A stretch of 64,000 bases of DNA. Source: Atribacterota bacterium (GTDB lineage Bacteria > Atribacterota > Phoenicimicrobiia > Phoenicimicrobiales > Stramentimicrobiaceae). This document shows, in pieces, positions 39,668-49,963 of the stretch. Each line of letters opens with the position of its first letter. The stretch's first letter is position 1. Location: assembly GCA_040767965.1 (NCBI GenBank), contig JAXGNR010000007.1, positions 122,110 to 186,109 on the forward strand, written 5' to 3'. Under the pieces are notes generated by a model. The model was not told where the DNA came from and made no database searches. It worked only from the letters and a program-made list of their open reading frames with translations. Both the position numbers and the translations under genes were made by a program.

Positions 39668-40486
39668 TCATCCTGCTATTTTTACAGGCTTTTTCCTGAA
39701 CAAAAGCAACCCTGCTGCAATTAATACCATTGCCAGTCCTGTCACATAGATGATAATCATAATTGGTGAACCGCTAACAGAATATCTTTTAATGATAATA
39801 CCCAGATATGCCCAGATAATAACAGCACTATAGGCAATATCCCCTCTTTGAATAATATTAATAAAAGCAATTGCCGTTCCGGCTAAAATTACCAGTAATG
39901 TCCAGAAAACCTCTGATAAGCCCCATCCATTCCATTGATAATGAACCAGAACTGCAGTAATGTTGGCAATAGTAGCTACAGTTATCCAACCCAGATAAAG
40001 GCTAAAGGGTAAATGCACAAAATAAAAAATAGATGGCTCCACTTGTTTCCTGCTGATATCAAGCTGAAGATAAATATATATTAATGAATACAACAAAACC
40101 AGCATGGCTACCAGGGAAAGCAGTACCTGTTTATAATGCCAGGCAAATATCCAGCAGGCATTGGCAAGACAACTAAGCAGAAAATAACCGTTAATTATCT
40201 TTAGATAAGGCATCTCAATTTTATTTTTAGCAAACAAATCGCGGGCCTGGTAAACAATGAACCCGGTTAATGCCAGATAAATAACTCCCCAGATGGAAAA
40301 AGTTAATCCGGCAGGAGTGAATAAATTAGGATAAAGATCAGAAAGCTCTCCGGTAGTATTTCCTCCTAGTGGCAGGCTATTGGCTAATCCGTTTACAATT
40401 AGTACTAACAGAAAGCCAAAAATATTAATTATCTGCCAGGAGATTTTTTGGGAAAGAGAAAAATCGGTATTCGTCAACTTTATCAC
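39668..40486 (-). CDS. Tryptophan-rich sensory (TspO-like) multi-TM membrane protein
   Basis: TGELSD.YPNLFTPAG.TFSIWG.IY, N..WIFAWHY, PFSLYLGWITVATIAN. Confidence 0.75.
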   Translation of the reverse strand: MIKLTNTDFSLSQKISWQIINIFGFLLVLIVNGLANSLPLGGNTTGELSDLYPNLFTPAGLTFSIWGVIYLALTGFIVYQARDLFAKNKIEMPYLKIINGYFLLSCLANACWIFAWHYKQVLLSLVAMLVLLYSLIYIYLQLDISRKQVEPSIFYFVHLPFSLYLGWITVATIANITAVLVHYQWNGWGLSEVFWTLLVILAGTAIAFINIIQRGDIAYSAVIIWAYLGIIIKRYSVSGSPIMIIIYVTGLAMVLIAAGLLLFRKKPVKIAG

Positions 40487-40516
40487 CTCTTTACTATTAA
40501 TTTTACAGTAATTATA

Positions 40517-41566
40517 TCATGGAACCAGGCTGAAGTTATCTTTGCTTATAAAAGAAAATTTATCCTCTTGAAAAAGCTCAATACAGACCTTGGAAACTTT
40601 TTCATCATAATAAATATTGCTTTTTTCTTTTAATTCTTGCAATACTTCATTTATTGTATAATGTGAACGATAAGGACGGTGTGAAAGCATGGCAACCACA
40701 GTATCAGCCACCCTTAGGATTTTGGCTTCCAGCAAAATATCATCTTCTGTTAACCCTTCAGGATAACCACTGCCATCAATATTTTCGTGATGTTGTAAAA
40801 TAATTTCAGCAATTGGCCAGGGATAAGGTAAGCCTTTTAACATATTATAAGCTGAATAAGAATGTTGTTTTATCAGGTTGTATTCTATAGCAGTAAGTTT
40901 CCCGGGCTTATTTAAAATATCGGCTGGAATGCTTAATTTTCCGATATCATTTATCATAGCTGCATACACTAATCCTTCCAGCTGTTTTTTAGATAAACCT
41001 ATTTTTTTACCAATCGCTTCACTAAGCTGGGCAATTTGATGTTGTGCCCCGCTGCTGTGAGGATCTCTTATTTCCAGGATTCGAGCAATAGTCTGAATGG
41101 CAGCCCGTTGGGCGTTTTCCAGGGCCCGGGTTCTTTCAAAAACTTTTTTCTCCAGAGTTTCCTTTTCTCCTCGAAGACGATCTTCAGCTTTTTTGATGCG
41201 CAGCATAACCTTAATTTGCGATATTAATTCAGCTGGTTGAAAAGGTTTATAGATAAAGGCATCAGCCCCTGCGTCAATTCCTTTTACCTTACTCTCAATA
41301 TCAGTATGGATAGCTGTCAGCATAATAATCGGAATATGTTTTGTTTGGGAATTTTTCTTTATTTCACGACAAACTGTATATCCATCCATCCCTGGCATGT
41401 TGACATCGAGAAGAATGGTATCCGGCATGATACTTTTGGTCTTCTCAATTCCCTCCCAGCCGGATTGCGCTTCAATCAATTTAATAGAAGGTAAATATTG
41501 TTTTAAATAAGCCTCTAATACTAACAGATTATCTTTATTATCGTCTATTGCTAAAATAATACTCAT
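40517..41566 (-). CDS. Response regulator, REC + degenerate HD-GYP
   Basis: REC (IDD, LLDVNMP, MLTA, KP); HD-GYP body with HHENIDGSGYP, but NDIGK replaces HDIGK. Confidence 0.88.
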   Translation of the reverse strand: MSIILAIDDNKDNLLVLEAYLKQYLPSIKLIEAQSGWEGIEKTKSIMPDTILLDVNMPGMDGYTVCREIKKNSQTKHIPIIMLTAIHTDIESKVKGIDAGADAFIYKPFQPAELISQIKVMLRIKKAEDRLRGEKETLEKKVFERTRALENAQRAAIQTIARILEIRDPHSSGAQHQIAQLSEAIGKKIGLSKKQLEGLVYAAMINDIGKLSIPADILNKPGKLTAIEYNLIKQHSYSAYNMLKGLPYPWPIAEIILQHHENIDGSGYPEGLTEDDILLEAKILRVADTVVAMLSHRPYRSHYTINEVLQELKEKSNIYYDEKVSKVCIELFQEDKFSFISKDNFSLVP

Positions 41567-41646
41567 TGGTAAAACCTGCCTTTCTGCAATAATTGGTGCG
41601 TTAATTTTAAAATTAAGGTATAAAATTAGAATAGATATTAATATGA

Positions 41647-44600
41647 TTATTTCTTTTTATCTAGCCATTTATTTATTTTATCAATTAGTACTGAAGCATT
41701 TACTGGTTTAGAAAGATAATCATCACTCCCTTCTTCCATTATCTTTTTCTTTTGTTCACTCATTGCCATTGCAGTTAAAGCGATGATGGGGATAGAGTTC
41801 GTCTCTGTATTACTTTTTAATTTTTTGATAACTTGAAAACCGTCTATTTCCGGTAAACCAATATCCAATAAGATCAAGTCAGGTTTTTCAGTAACCACTT
41901 TTTGTAACGCTTCTTCCCCTGTGTTTGCTTCACTTAATTGATAATGTTTTTTTAAAATAGCCTTAATTGTAAGAAGATTATCGGCATTGTCTTCTGCTAT
42001 GAGAATTTTCTTTTGGAAATTGCTGTTTTTTTCACTCTTTCTATTTCCTAAAAATTCTTTTGTTCCTTTTTTCTTATCATTTTTTTTTGGCTGAGAATTA
42101 TCTTCTTTTAGATTAGTATTATCTCCAAGCATTAAATTAATCTTTTCCAGTAATCCAGCTCTATCCAAAGATCCTTTAAGTATCAATTGGTTAATATGAT
42201 TGTATTTTAAAATTTGCAACTCTTTCTCGTTTAAATCTTTGGCAGTCAACACCAACACAGGAATATTGCGGAATCTCCAGTCTTCACGGATTTTCTGTAA
42301 AACATGAAATCCATCTATCTCTGGCATCATCAGATCCAGGATAATTCCATCAGGTATACTTTCCTGGATATAATTTAAAGCTTCCTCCCCACCCCTGGCA
42401 ATTGTCAACTGGTACCCTTCCTGTTTAAGCAAATATTGAATCTGAGATACAGCAGTAGGATTGTCTTCAACCAGCAAAAGATGATAGCAGTCTTTTCTTT
42501 TTTGGGAAAAGTTCGTTGCCGGACTATAATTTTTTTCATTTAAAAGTTCAACAGTATGATGATCTTGAATTTCTCGTGGCAATAGTATAGTAAAAGTGCT
42601 TCCTTCTCCTAAATTGCTCTCCACATAAATTTCCCCATTTAAACGATTTACAAGCCTGGAAACAATGGCTAATCCTAGGCCGGTTCCTTCATATTTCCTT
42701 GATGCAGAACCATCAATCTGTTTAAATTCTTCAAAAATAACTGGCAGATCCTTTTGGGAAATGCCTATGCCAGTATCTACAACCCTAAAAAGAAAACGAT
42801 CATCTTCCTTATTAAAGGAAACCTGCAGTGTAACAGACCCTTTCTCGGTAAATTTAACTGCATTACTGATAAGATTTTGTAATATTTGATTAAGTTTTTG
42901 ACGGTCAGTGAATATTTTTGGCAGCTTTTCGGGTAGTTCACTTATTAATTCAATTCCCTTTTCTTGTGCCTGATAGGAGAAGTTCTCTTTAACATTATTT
43001 ATTATTTCCTTTAAAGAAAATAACTCGGGATAAATGCTGATTTTACCAGCTTCAATTTTGGAAAGGTCCAGGATATCATTAATCAGGTTCAATAAATTCT
43101 TTCCATTGCGGGCAATTACTTTTAAATACTGTCTTTGTTCCTGGGAAATATCATCGCTTAATTGTAATTCCAGAATATCAGATAAAGCGATAATGGAGTT
43201 TAAGGGAGTCCTCAACTCATGGCTCATGTTGGACAAAAATTCCCCTTTAAGTCTATTTGCTTCTTGGATCTCATTTTTTTGCAATTCCAATTCAATATTT
43301 TGGTGTTGCAGCTCTTCTTTCTGGCTTTTTAACTCTTCTGTCTGTTCCTGTAATTCAACCGTGAGTCTGGTCAAGTTTTCATTTTTATCTTTTATTAGCT
43401 GATTGAGACGCTGAGTTTCTTCATCAGCCAATATATTCCCCATGGCAATTGAAATTTGAGTTTTTGATTGTCTAATAATTTCTAAGGATTCCTGAGAATA
43501 AGGATAAATACTTGCTAGCACTATAATTCCTTTTATCTGATCATCTAAGATCAAAGGGAAGCCAATCATTTCTCTGGGAAGCATATTGCCAGCCATTGTT
43601 TTATATACAAACCGGGTATCTTCCGGAATATCTTTTAAATTAATAATATCTCTTCTGTTAAATACCTGGCCTATCATCCCTTCCCTGATATTTATATCAA
43701 AAGACTGAATTCTGCTTTTGTCCATTCCCACAGATGCCAGATGTTCGAACAGATTTTGTTCTTTATTATGATGATAAAAAACGCATACCTGTGAATGAGT
43801 ATTTTGGCAAAGTTGAAAAATTATTTTCTGAGAAAAATTCAATAAATTTCTAGAATGGATAATGTTTTCCAGGATTTTAGTGCGAGCTTTCCGAATATTA
43901 ATTTCATGCTGAATTGATTGAGACATTTGATTCATTGTTTCAGCTAATTTACTTATTTCATCAGAACCTGTTTCATCTAACTTCTGAGAATAATCACCCT
44001 GTTGTATTTTTACAGCAACCTGGCCCATTTCACTTATTGGTTGGGTGATTGCCTTTGCTAAATATCTGGTAACTAAATACACTACAAGGCTAATTCCAAT
44101 AAATAATAACAGAAATCTATTGACCATTCTGGACAAAGGATCATAAACTTCTTTTAGGTCCTGCTTGGTGATCAATCCCCATTCAAATTCTGGTAAAAAA
44201 GTGTAAGCAGTTAGAACTCTTTCTCCTCGATAATCTACAGCTTCTACTTCCCCGCTTAAACCTTGACTGGAATTTATTGCAGCAATAGAGCTTATTTTCA
44301 GATGTAAAGCTGCCTGATTTTGCCAACAAAGAGGGTTTTGGACAATCTGCTGCTGGTTTAAAATAATAGTTTCACCGGTAGAACCTAAACCGGTATTGTC
44401 AGACAAAAGGGGGTATAAAGAAATCTCAGGATTAATCCGGGCAACCAAAATCCCCACAATATGATTTCCTTCATGCTCCAAACAATAAATGGGAACTGAT
44501 AAGTCAAGAGTATAGTTTTTCAGGTATTCAGAGTATCGAATCTGCTGAACTGAAACAGTCTCAGATTCATGAGATATTTGGGCATAAGGTCTATCAGATA

Positions 44601-45030
44601 CATCAATTTGTTCTCTTTCTTTAATGGTTGACATTATAATTCTGCCGTTTTGCGGATGAATAATCAGTAATTCCTGATAATCGGGGAAATTATGCAAATA
44701 GCGTTCCAGATGCTGGCGGGCATTTTCAATAATACTTATACCACTTTCAAAAAAGATTTCCGGATTGGTATAAAAAAACTCCATTTCTCTAATTTGGTTA
44801 TCATTGGCAATGACCAGAATATCTCCTTTTCTTTCTTTTAACCAGTTTAAAATCCGGTTCATTTTTAAGTCGCGAACAGTAACTAACTTATTATTTTCCT
44901 GAATTTTAATATTGTGTGAAACCTGTAAATAGATTACGCTAAAAGTAATCAATAATGCCAGAATAGAAGTTATCAAAAAATAAAATAAAATATTTTTATG
45001 TAAAGTTGTAAATTGAAAATATTTTTTCAT
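41647..45030 (-). CDS. Hybrid sensor histidine kinase (Cache-HAMP-GAF-coiled coil-HisKA-HATPase-REC-REC)
   Basis: Two TMs, FLSNMSHELRTPLN, NLISNAVKFT, DTGIGI, GTGLGL, two receivers (ILDLMMP; LLDIGLP). Confidence 0.93.
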   Translation of the reverse strand: MKKYFQFTTLHKNILFYFLITSILALLITFSVIYLQVSHNIKIQENNKLVTVRDLKMNRILNWLKERKGDILVIANDNQIREMEFFYTNPEIFFESGISIIENARQHLERYLHNFPDYQELLIIHPQNGRIIMSTIKEREQIDVSDRPYAQISHESETVSVQQIRYSEYLKNYTLDLSVPIYCLEHEGNHIVGILVARINPEISLYPLLSDNTGLGSTGETIILNQQQIVQNPLCWQNQAALHLKISSIAAINSSQGLSGEVEAVDYRGERVLTAYTFLPEFEWGLITKQDLKEVYDPLSRMVNRFLLLFIGISLVVYLVTRYLAKAITQPISEMGQVAVKIQQGDYSQKLDETGSDEISKLAETMNQMSQSIQHEINIRKARTKILENIIHSRNLLNFSQKIIFQLCQNTHSQVCVFYHHNKEQNLFEHLASVGMDKSRIQSFDINIREGMIGQVFNRRDIINLKDIPEDTRFVYKTMAGNMLPREMIGFPLILDDQIKGIIVLASIYPYSQESLEIIRQSKTQISIAMGNILADEETQRLNQLIKDKNENLTRLTVELQEQTEELKSQKEELQHQNIELELQKNEIQEANRLKGEFLSNMSHELRTPLNSIIALSDILELQLSDDISQEQRQYLKVIARNGKNLLNLINDILDLSKIEAGKISIYPELFSLKEIINNVKENFSYQAQEKGIELISELPEKLPKIFTDRQKLNQILQNLISNAVKFTEKGSVTLQVSFNKEDDRFLFRVVDTGIGISQKDLPVIFEEFKQIDGSASRKYEGTGLGLAIVSRLVNRLNGEIYVESNLGEGSTFTILLPREIQDHHTVELLNEKNYSPATNFSQKRKDCYHLLLVEDNPTAVSQIQYLLKQEGYQLTIARGGEEALNYIQESIPDGIILDLMMPEIDGFHVLQKIREDWRFRNIPVLVLTAKDLNEKELQILKYNHINQLILKGSLDRAGLLEKINLMLGDNTNLKEDNSQPKKNDKKKGTKEFLGNRKSEKNSNFQKKILIAEDNADNLLTIKAILKKHYQLSEANTGEEALQKVVTEKPDLILLDIGLPEIDGFQVIKKLKSNTETNSIPIIALTAMAMSEQKKKIMEEGSDDYLSKPVNASVLIDKINKWLDKKK

Positions 45031-45066
45031 AACACATTTCCTTACTTAACTACTGGTGTCTGATAA

Positions 45067-45882
45067 TTAAATCTTTTGGTATATACTGCAGCTATGATAA
45101 ATCTTTTTAACTTTAGAATGATAAATGGTAAGTATAGATTCAGATTCTCCCAATACTAAATATCCCCCGGACGCAAGGCTATTGATTAAATTATTCAATA
45201 TTTTCTGCTGGACATCCAATTCATAGTAAATCAAAACATTACAGCAAAAAACTAAATCAAAATATCCGAAAATACTTTCAGGTGGTACAATATTTTTTTC
45301 ATTTCTTAAATCGTGATATGAAAAGAAGATTGTTTCTTTTATTTCAGGTAGCAACATATAAAAGCTATCTTTTTCCTGAAAGTAACTTCTCAGCCATTCA
45401 TATCTAATATTTTTTATACTATCGTAGCCATAGACGCCCTTTTTGGCAAATTCCAGGGCACTTTTATTAATATCAGTAGCAAAACTTTCAATATAGTATG
45501 GACGTTTTTCATTTTTAAATATCTCTTTTAATATAATAGCCAGGGAATAAGGTTCTTCTCCATTGGAACAACCAGCAGACCAAAATCGAAAATGTACTTC
45601 TTTTTCATTTTTTTTATTTACTAATAAATTCGGTAAAGTATAATTATAAATTAGTTCAAAAGTTAACGGATTTCGGAAAAAACGACTTACCGGGATTATC
45701 AGTCCATGGATTAATTCTATCAATTCTGAAGGATTTTCTTTTAAGTAAGACAGATAATCTGCAGTGCCAGTCTGCTTATTTAGCTCCATTCTCCTAATAA
45801 TTAATTCCTCTATAAATTTTTTTCGAAATCCTTTAAAATTATAACCTCTTTTTTCAATTAAATAATTAATTATTTTTTGCAT
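45067..45882 (-). CDS. CheR-type protein-glutamate methyltransferase
   Basis: VSRFFRNP, WSAGCSNGEEPYSLA, ATDIN..AL..A..G.Y, FDLVFCCNVLIY, GGYLVLGESE. Confidence 0.92.
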   Translation of the reverse strand: MQKIINYLIEKRGYNFKGFRKKFIEELIIRRMELNKQTGTADYLSYLKENPSELIELIHGLIIPVSRFFRNPLTFELIYNYTLPNLLVNKKNEKEVHFRFWSAGCSNGEEPYSLAIILKEIFKNEKRPYYIESFATDINKSALEFAKKGVYGYDSIKNIRYEWLRSYFQEKDSFYMLLPEIKETIFFSYHDLRNEKNIVPPESIFGYFDLVFCCNVLIYYELDVQQKILNNLINSLASGGYLVLGESESILTIYHSKVKKIYHSCSIYQKI

Positions 45883-45908
45883 TTACTCTTTTCATCTCTA
45901 TTTTCCCC

Positions 45909-46955
45909 CTATTCATCCTCAGCTGCTGTTACTATTTTCCGGTATAAAGCCGAAGCCAGCTGTTGGGAGATATACTCTAAAATACTTATATCTTTTTCTC
46001 GATATAACCTGGCATTATCATAGCTTTGAAGGGCAATGACTCCAATTACCTTTTGCTCTATTTTTAAAGGGACAGCTAACCAAAGATGAGTATTGGTCAT
46101 TACATCCCATGGCTCTATATATCCATAAGAAAGCATTTTCCGGTAACGTTGAAAATCCATAAAAACCGGTTTCCCTACCTTTAATACATAATGAAAAATA
46201 CTCTGTGAGGTGCAATATCGATTAATAAAAATTTCATTATCTCCAGCAGCTTCATCAGTATAGTAAGGAAAACTGATTTTCTTGTCATCAGGGTTTTCCA
46301 GAGCTATATAGAAATTGGTAGCATCAATAATTTCACTTAGCTTTTCATGAAGTAATGGATATAGCTCGTGTAAAGGTATATCCATATGTGCTAATCTTGA
46401 TATATTGTACAAAATTGAAACAACTTTACTTTCTCTTTTTTGCCTGGATATCTCCTGAAAAGAAAAGATAATTCCTGCTATTCGGTTGTTTATTTGATTG
46501 CTGTTTTTTCTAATGGATACCTCAATGGGAGTATTGTTTCTCCCAAAAATGGTGGTTTCAAAATCCCTTTTATTTGCCATATTAAAAGAATCTCTATCAA
46601 TTGGTTTAAGACAATAGAAGATTGAATCTCCTCTAATTTCTTCACTTTTATAACCAGTTAAATTTTCAAACTGCTCGCTGGAATATTTAATAATTCCATC
46701 AACATCAGTGTAGACTAAAGCTTCCGGGCATTGATTAAAAAGATTACTGTATTCTTGTCTTTCCTGAACCAACATTTCCTCTAACTTATTTAAATACTCT
46801 TCTCGGTGTGTATTGCCGGTAGTGATTAATTTATTCTTATTTTCTTCAATCTTTCTGTTATCATTAAGATTTTTCTTGTTGTTGTTTGGCAATTTTGGTT
46901 TTATTTTTCTTTTTAATTTTAAGAAACCGGCTATGTTATTTTTCCTCAGGTTCAT
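45909..46955 (-). CDS. PAS-GAF sensory protein without an output domain
   Basis: PAS (LF..CPEA...D.DG.I...S..FE.LTGY), GAF (NFYIAL..ISFPYY.DE; WLAVPLK...VIGVIALQSY....Y.E.D..ILE); ends right after the GAF helix. Confidence 0.8.
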   Translation of the reverse strand: MNLRKNNIAGFLKLKRKIKPKLPNNNKKNLNDNRKIEENKNKLITTGNTHREEYLNKLEEMLVQERQEYSNLFNQCPEALVYTDVDGIIKYSSEQFENLTGYKSEEIRGDSIFYCLKPIDRDSFNMANKRDFETTIFGRNNTPIEVSIRKNSNQINNRIAGIIFSFQEISRQKRESKVVSILYNISRLAHMDIPLHELYPLLHEKLSEIIDATNFYIALENPDDKKISFPYYTDEAAGDNEIFINRYCTSQSIFHYVLKVGKPVFMDFQRYRKMLSYGYIEPWDVMTNTHLWLAVPLKIEQKVIGVIALQSYDNARLYREKDISILEYISQQLASALYRKIVTAAEDE

Positions 46956-47026
46956 ACTGTAATATCCTCAAACTTTTTAGGTTATGTATTATATAATACC
47001 ATACTATGTTTTTATCTTTTAGAAAA

Positions 47027-48868
47027 TTAAGCCGCATATACTCTGTTGCGGCCTTGGTTTTTTGCATTATAGAGCGCCTTATCAGCAGAATCGATTAATT
47101 CTTTAATGCCTTCACCATCATCAGGGAAAGAAGAAACCCCAATGCTGATTGTTAAATACTTCTGTGGTTGACTTAATTCTTCCCCGATAAACAACTTTTG
47201 CTCTACTCCCTCTCTTAAACGATTTGCCAGGTCCAAAGCTTCCAGTTTGCCTGTTTCAGGTAGAATCATAATAAATTCTTCACCTCCATATCGATAAAGG
47301 CGATCTGTTTCCCGGGATTCTTTGTTGATAAGGTTAACTAACTGCTTGAGAACATCATCTCCTTTGATGTGTCCATGAAAATCATTGTACTTTTTAAACC
47401 AGTCAATATCTATCATCAAGAGTGATAAATCCCTGTGATACCGCCTGGCTCGACTAATTTCATCGATAATATCTGTATCAAATTTTCGCCGGTTAAAACA
47501 GCCGGTAAGGGCATCCCTAATAGAAATTTCTTCAATTTGATGGTAAAGACCAATCCGTTCAATAGTATAAGATATTATTTCAGCCAGAAGCTCTACAAAT
47601 TGAACATCACCAACTGAGAAGGCATTTTTTTCAATAGAATCTAAGTGAATTATGGAACGAACCTTATCATCAATCAATACAGGAACACAAATCAGTGATT
47701 GAATATTGCTTCCTGCAGGAATGCACCCTTTTAATAATTGTTCTTCTTTATCATCAACTGTGTTGGTATAAATTGATTTTTTATTCTCAATAATATTTCT
47801 AATAGCTGGTATATCAGGAGGAAAAACTGCTTCTTTAAATTTTGCCATTAGACCTTGCCGGGCTGCGAACTTAAAAAAACCGTCATCCTGCAAAGAAAGA
47901 ATAGCACAACCAGAACAGTTCATCTCCTGCATTAATTCTTCAGCAATAATTTGATAAATCTCCTCCAAGTTGTGAATTGCACCGATATTATGCATTATTT
48001 TAACAATCAGACGATTTCGCTTTTCAGATTTAACTATTTTTTCTATTGCCTCTATTTCTCTGGTAATATCAGAAATTATTACAAGGTCATAAATTTTCCC
48101 TTCTAATTCATCACCTAGTAATATTGCTTTAATAAAGCCAATTTTAATCTCACCGGTATTGGTAATATAATTCAAATGATAAGGTTCGATACATTCCCCG
48201 GCAATTCTCCTGCGAAAATTCTGTAAAACTTTCTCTTTATTTTGTTCGTCAAAAAAGGGCAGTTCATCCAGTCTTTTGCCAATAATCTGATTATTACTGT
48301 ACCCCAGCCATTCAGTCATACGGCCATTAATTTCAAGCACTTCACCTTTTTTATTTAAAAGTACAATTGCATCAGGAGATAATTCAAATATAGTCCGATA
48401 TTTCTTTTCACTGTTTGCAATAGCTTGTTCAGCTTTTTTTCTCTGGCTAATATCTCTGGCAACTGAAACAATTCTTTTTATTCCCCTGAAAGTAATAATA
48501 GTAGAGTTAATTTCCACCGGGATTATTTTGCCATCTTTGGTTTGATGAGTAGCCTCAAAAGTTATATTATTTTCCTGCTGTATTCTTTTCATAATTTTTT
48601 GTATATTTTTTCTGCTCTGCTCAGAATCAAGATCAGCCGGAGACATAGAGAGAAATTCTTCCAAGCTATACCCCATACGTTCGCGGGCTCCCCTGTTTAC
48701 CGCAACAAACTTTCCTGGCATTCCATTTGAGGTAAGTTCATGAACAAAAACAGCATCATTAATATTTTCGAATATCTCCTGGTATTTTTCTAATAAAATT
48801 GATTTATCTTTTTTTATATCTGCGTCTTGATAGAATTCTGTATGTTTATCTTTTGATACTTGGTCCAA
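47027..48868 (-). CDS. PAS-PAS-GAF-GGDEF diguanylate cyclase
   Basis: DALTGCFNRR, DIDWFKKYND..GH..GD, RETD I-site + RYGGEEF; TTG start at 48868 after AAGGAG. Confidence 0.92.
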   Translation of the reverse strand: MDQVSKDKHTEFYQDADIKKDKSILLEKYQEIFENINDAVFVHELTSNGMPGKFVAVNRGARERMGYSLEEFLSMSPADLDSEQSRKNIQKIMKRIQQENNITFEATHQTKDGKIIPVEINSTIITFRGIKRIVSVARDISQRKKAEQAIANSEKKYRTIFELSPDAIVLLNKKGEVLEINGRMTEWLGYSNNQIIGKRLDELPFFDEQNKEKVLQNFRRRIAGECIEPYHLNYITNTGEIKIGFIKAILLGDELEGKIYDLVIISDITREIEAIEKIVKSEKRNRLIVKIMHNIGAIHNLEEIYQIIAEELMQEMNCSGCAILSLQDDGFFKFAARQGLMAKFKEAVFPPDIPAIRNIIENKKSIYTNTVDDKEEQLLKGCIPAGSNIQSLICVPVLIDDKVRSIIHLDSIEKNAFSVGDVQFVELLAEIISYTIERIGLYHQIEEISIRDALTGCFNRRKFDTDIIDEISRARRYHRDLSLLMIDIDWFKKYNDFHGHIKGDDVLKQLVNLINKESRETDRLYRYGGEEFIMILPETGKLEALDLANRLREGVEQKLFIGEELSQPQKYLTISIGVSSFPDDGEGIKELIDSADKALYNAKNQGRNRVYAA

Positions 48869-48943
48869 GGTAATCTCCTTGTTGTACAATGTAGCATGTC
48901 AACAAATATTTTATTTTTATCTTACCTGCTAACATCATAGGCT

Positions 48944-49963
48944 CTATTTAGCATGCTGTTCTTTTTCCTGATACATTTTTTTATCTGCTGTTTCAATCAA
49001 GCTGTCAATTTCCTTTCCTTTTGGAAAACGGTTAGTCCTGTATTCAACAATACCATGACTGACATGCATTGGATATTTGCACTCCTGTGTACGATTTATC
49101 ATTTGAAAATCAGTCAAAATGCGCTGCCAGATTCCTTCTGCTGCCTCTTCTGAACTGTCAGGGAAAATAATCAGAAATTCATCTCCCCCCATGCGGCAAA
49201 AAATATCTGACTCACGTATATTATTTTTAATAGTATCAGATATCTTTATCAATAACCGGTCACCTTCCTGGTGGCCATACTGGTCATTGACTTCTTTCAA
49301 GCCATCTACATCCAGAAAGCAGATACTTAAAAATGAATTTCTTCTACTGGCTACTTTGATTTCTTTGTTTAATAATTCCATTCCCATTCTGCGATTATAG
49401 ATACCAGTCAGCAGATCTGTACTGGCAAAATGGGTAAAACGCCTCTTTTCCTCTTCTATTTCTTTATTTTTCTTAACCATTTCCCGTTGCAAATTGACCA
49501 GTTCATTATTCATCTGGCTGTATTGCTGATAAAATTTATCTTGTCTATTATCATCTTCGGTAGTTAAAGTCATTTGTTTTTCCAGATAATACTTTTTTAA
49601 TAATTTTTTGCAGGTATTTTTCTCTGTTTTAATATCCTCTGGCAACAATCTGTTTATACTGCCTAAGAGGTTTTGCGCAATAATTAATATTTTATTTTTT
49701 CTAATCAGGATACCAGAAAAAAGAGTTAAAACCTTGTTTGGTCCTTCTTGTAAACAAAACTCCCATCCAATATCGATTTTTTTATCCTTTATGTTTATTA
49801 GAAAATTCATTATATTCTGAAAATGGTTAGGGATAACTATTGAAGAGAGCATTCTTCCCACCATTTTATGACCAAAATCATCTTCTCTACCGATAATCTG
49901 TTGTACCAATCCTTGCCTATCGGCAATTATAAGATAATCACCTGGTGAAAATTCTTTATTCAT
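48944..49963 (-). CDS. Diguanylate cyclase (PAS-like + coiled coil + GGDEF)
   Basis: DLLTGIYNRR, DVDGLKEVND.YGH.EGD, RESD I-site + RMGGDEF. Confidence 0.92.
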   Translation of the reverse strand: MNKEFSPGDYLIIADRQGLVQQIIGREDDFGHKMVGRMLSSIVIPNHFQNIMNFLINIKDKKIDIGWEFCLQEGPNKVLTLFSGILIRKNKILIIAQNLLGSINRLLPEDIKTEKNTCKKLLKKYYLEKQMTLTTEDDNRQDKFYQQYSQMNNELVNLQREMVKKNKEIEEEKRRFTHFASTDLLTGIYNRRMGMELLNKEIKVASRRNSFLSICFLDVDGLKEVNDQYGHQEGDRLLIKISDTIKNNIRESDIFCRMGGDEFLIIFPDSSEEAAEGIWQRILTDFQMINRTQECKYPMHVSHGIVEYRTNRFPKGKEIDSLIETADKKMYQEKEQHAK

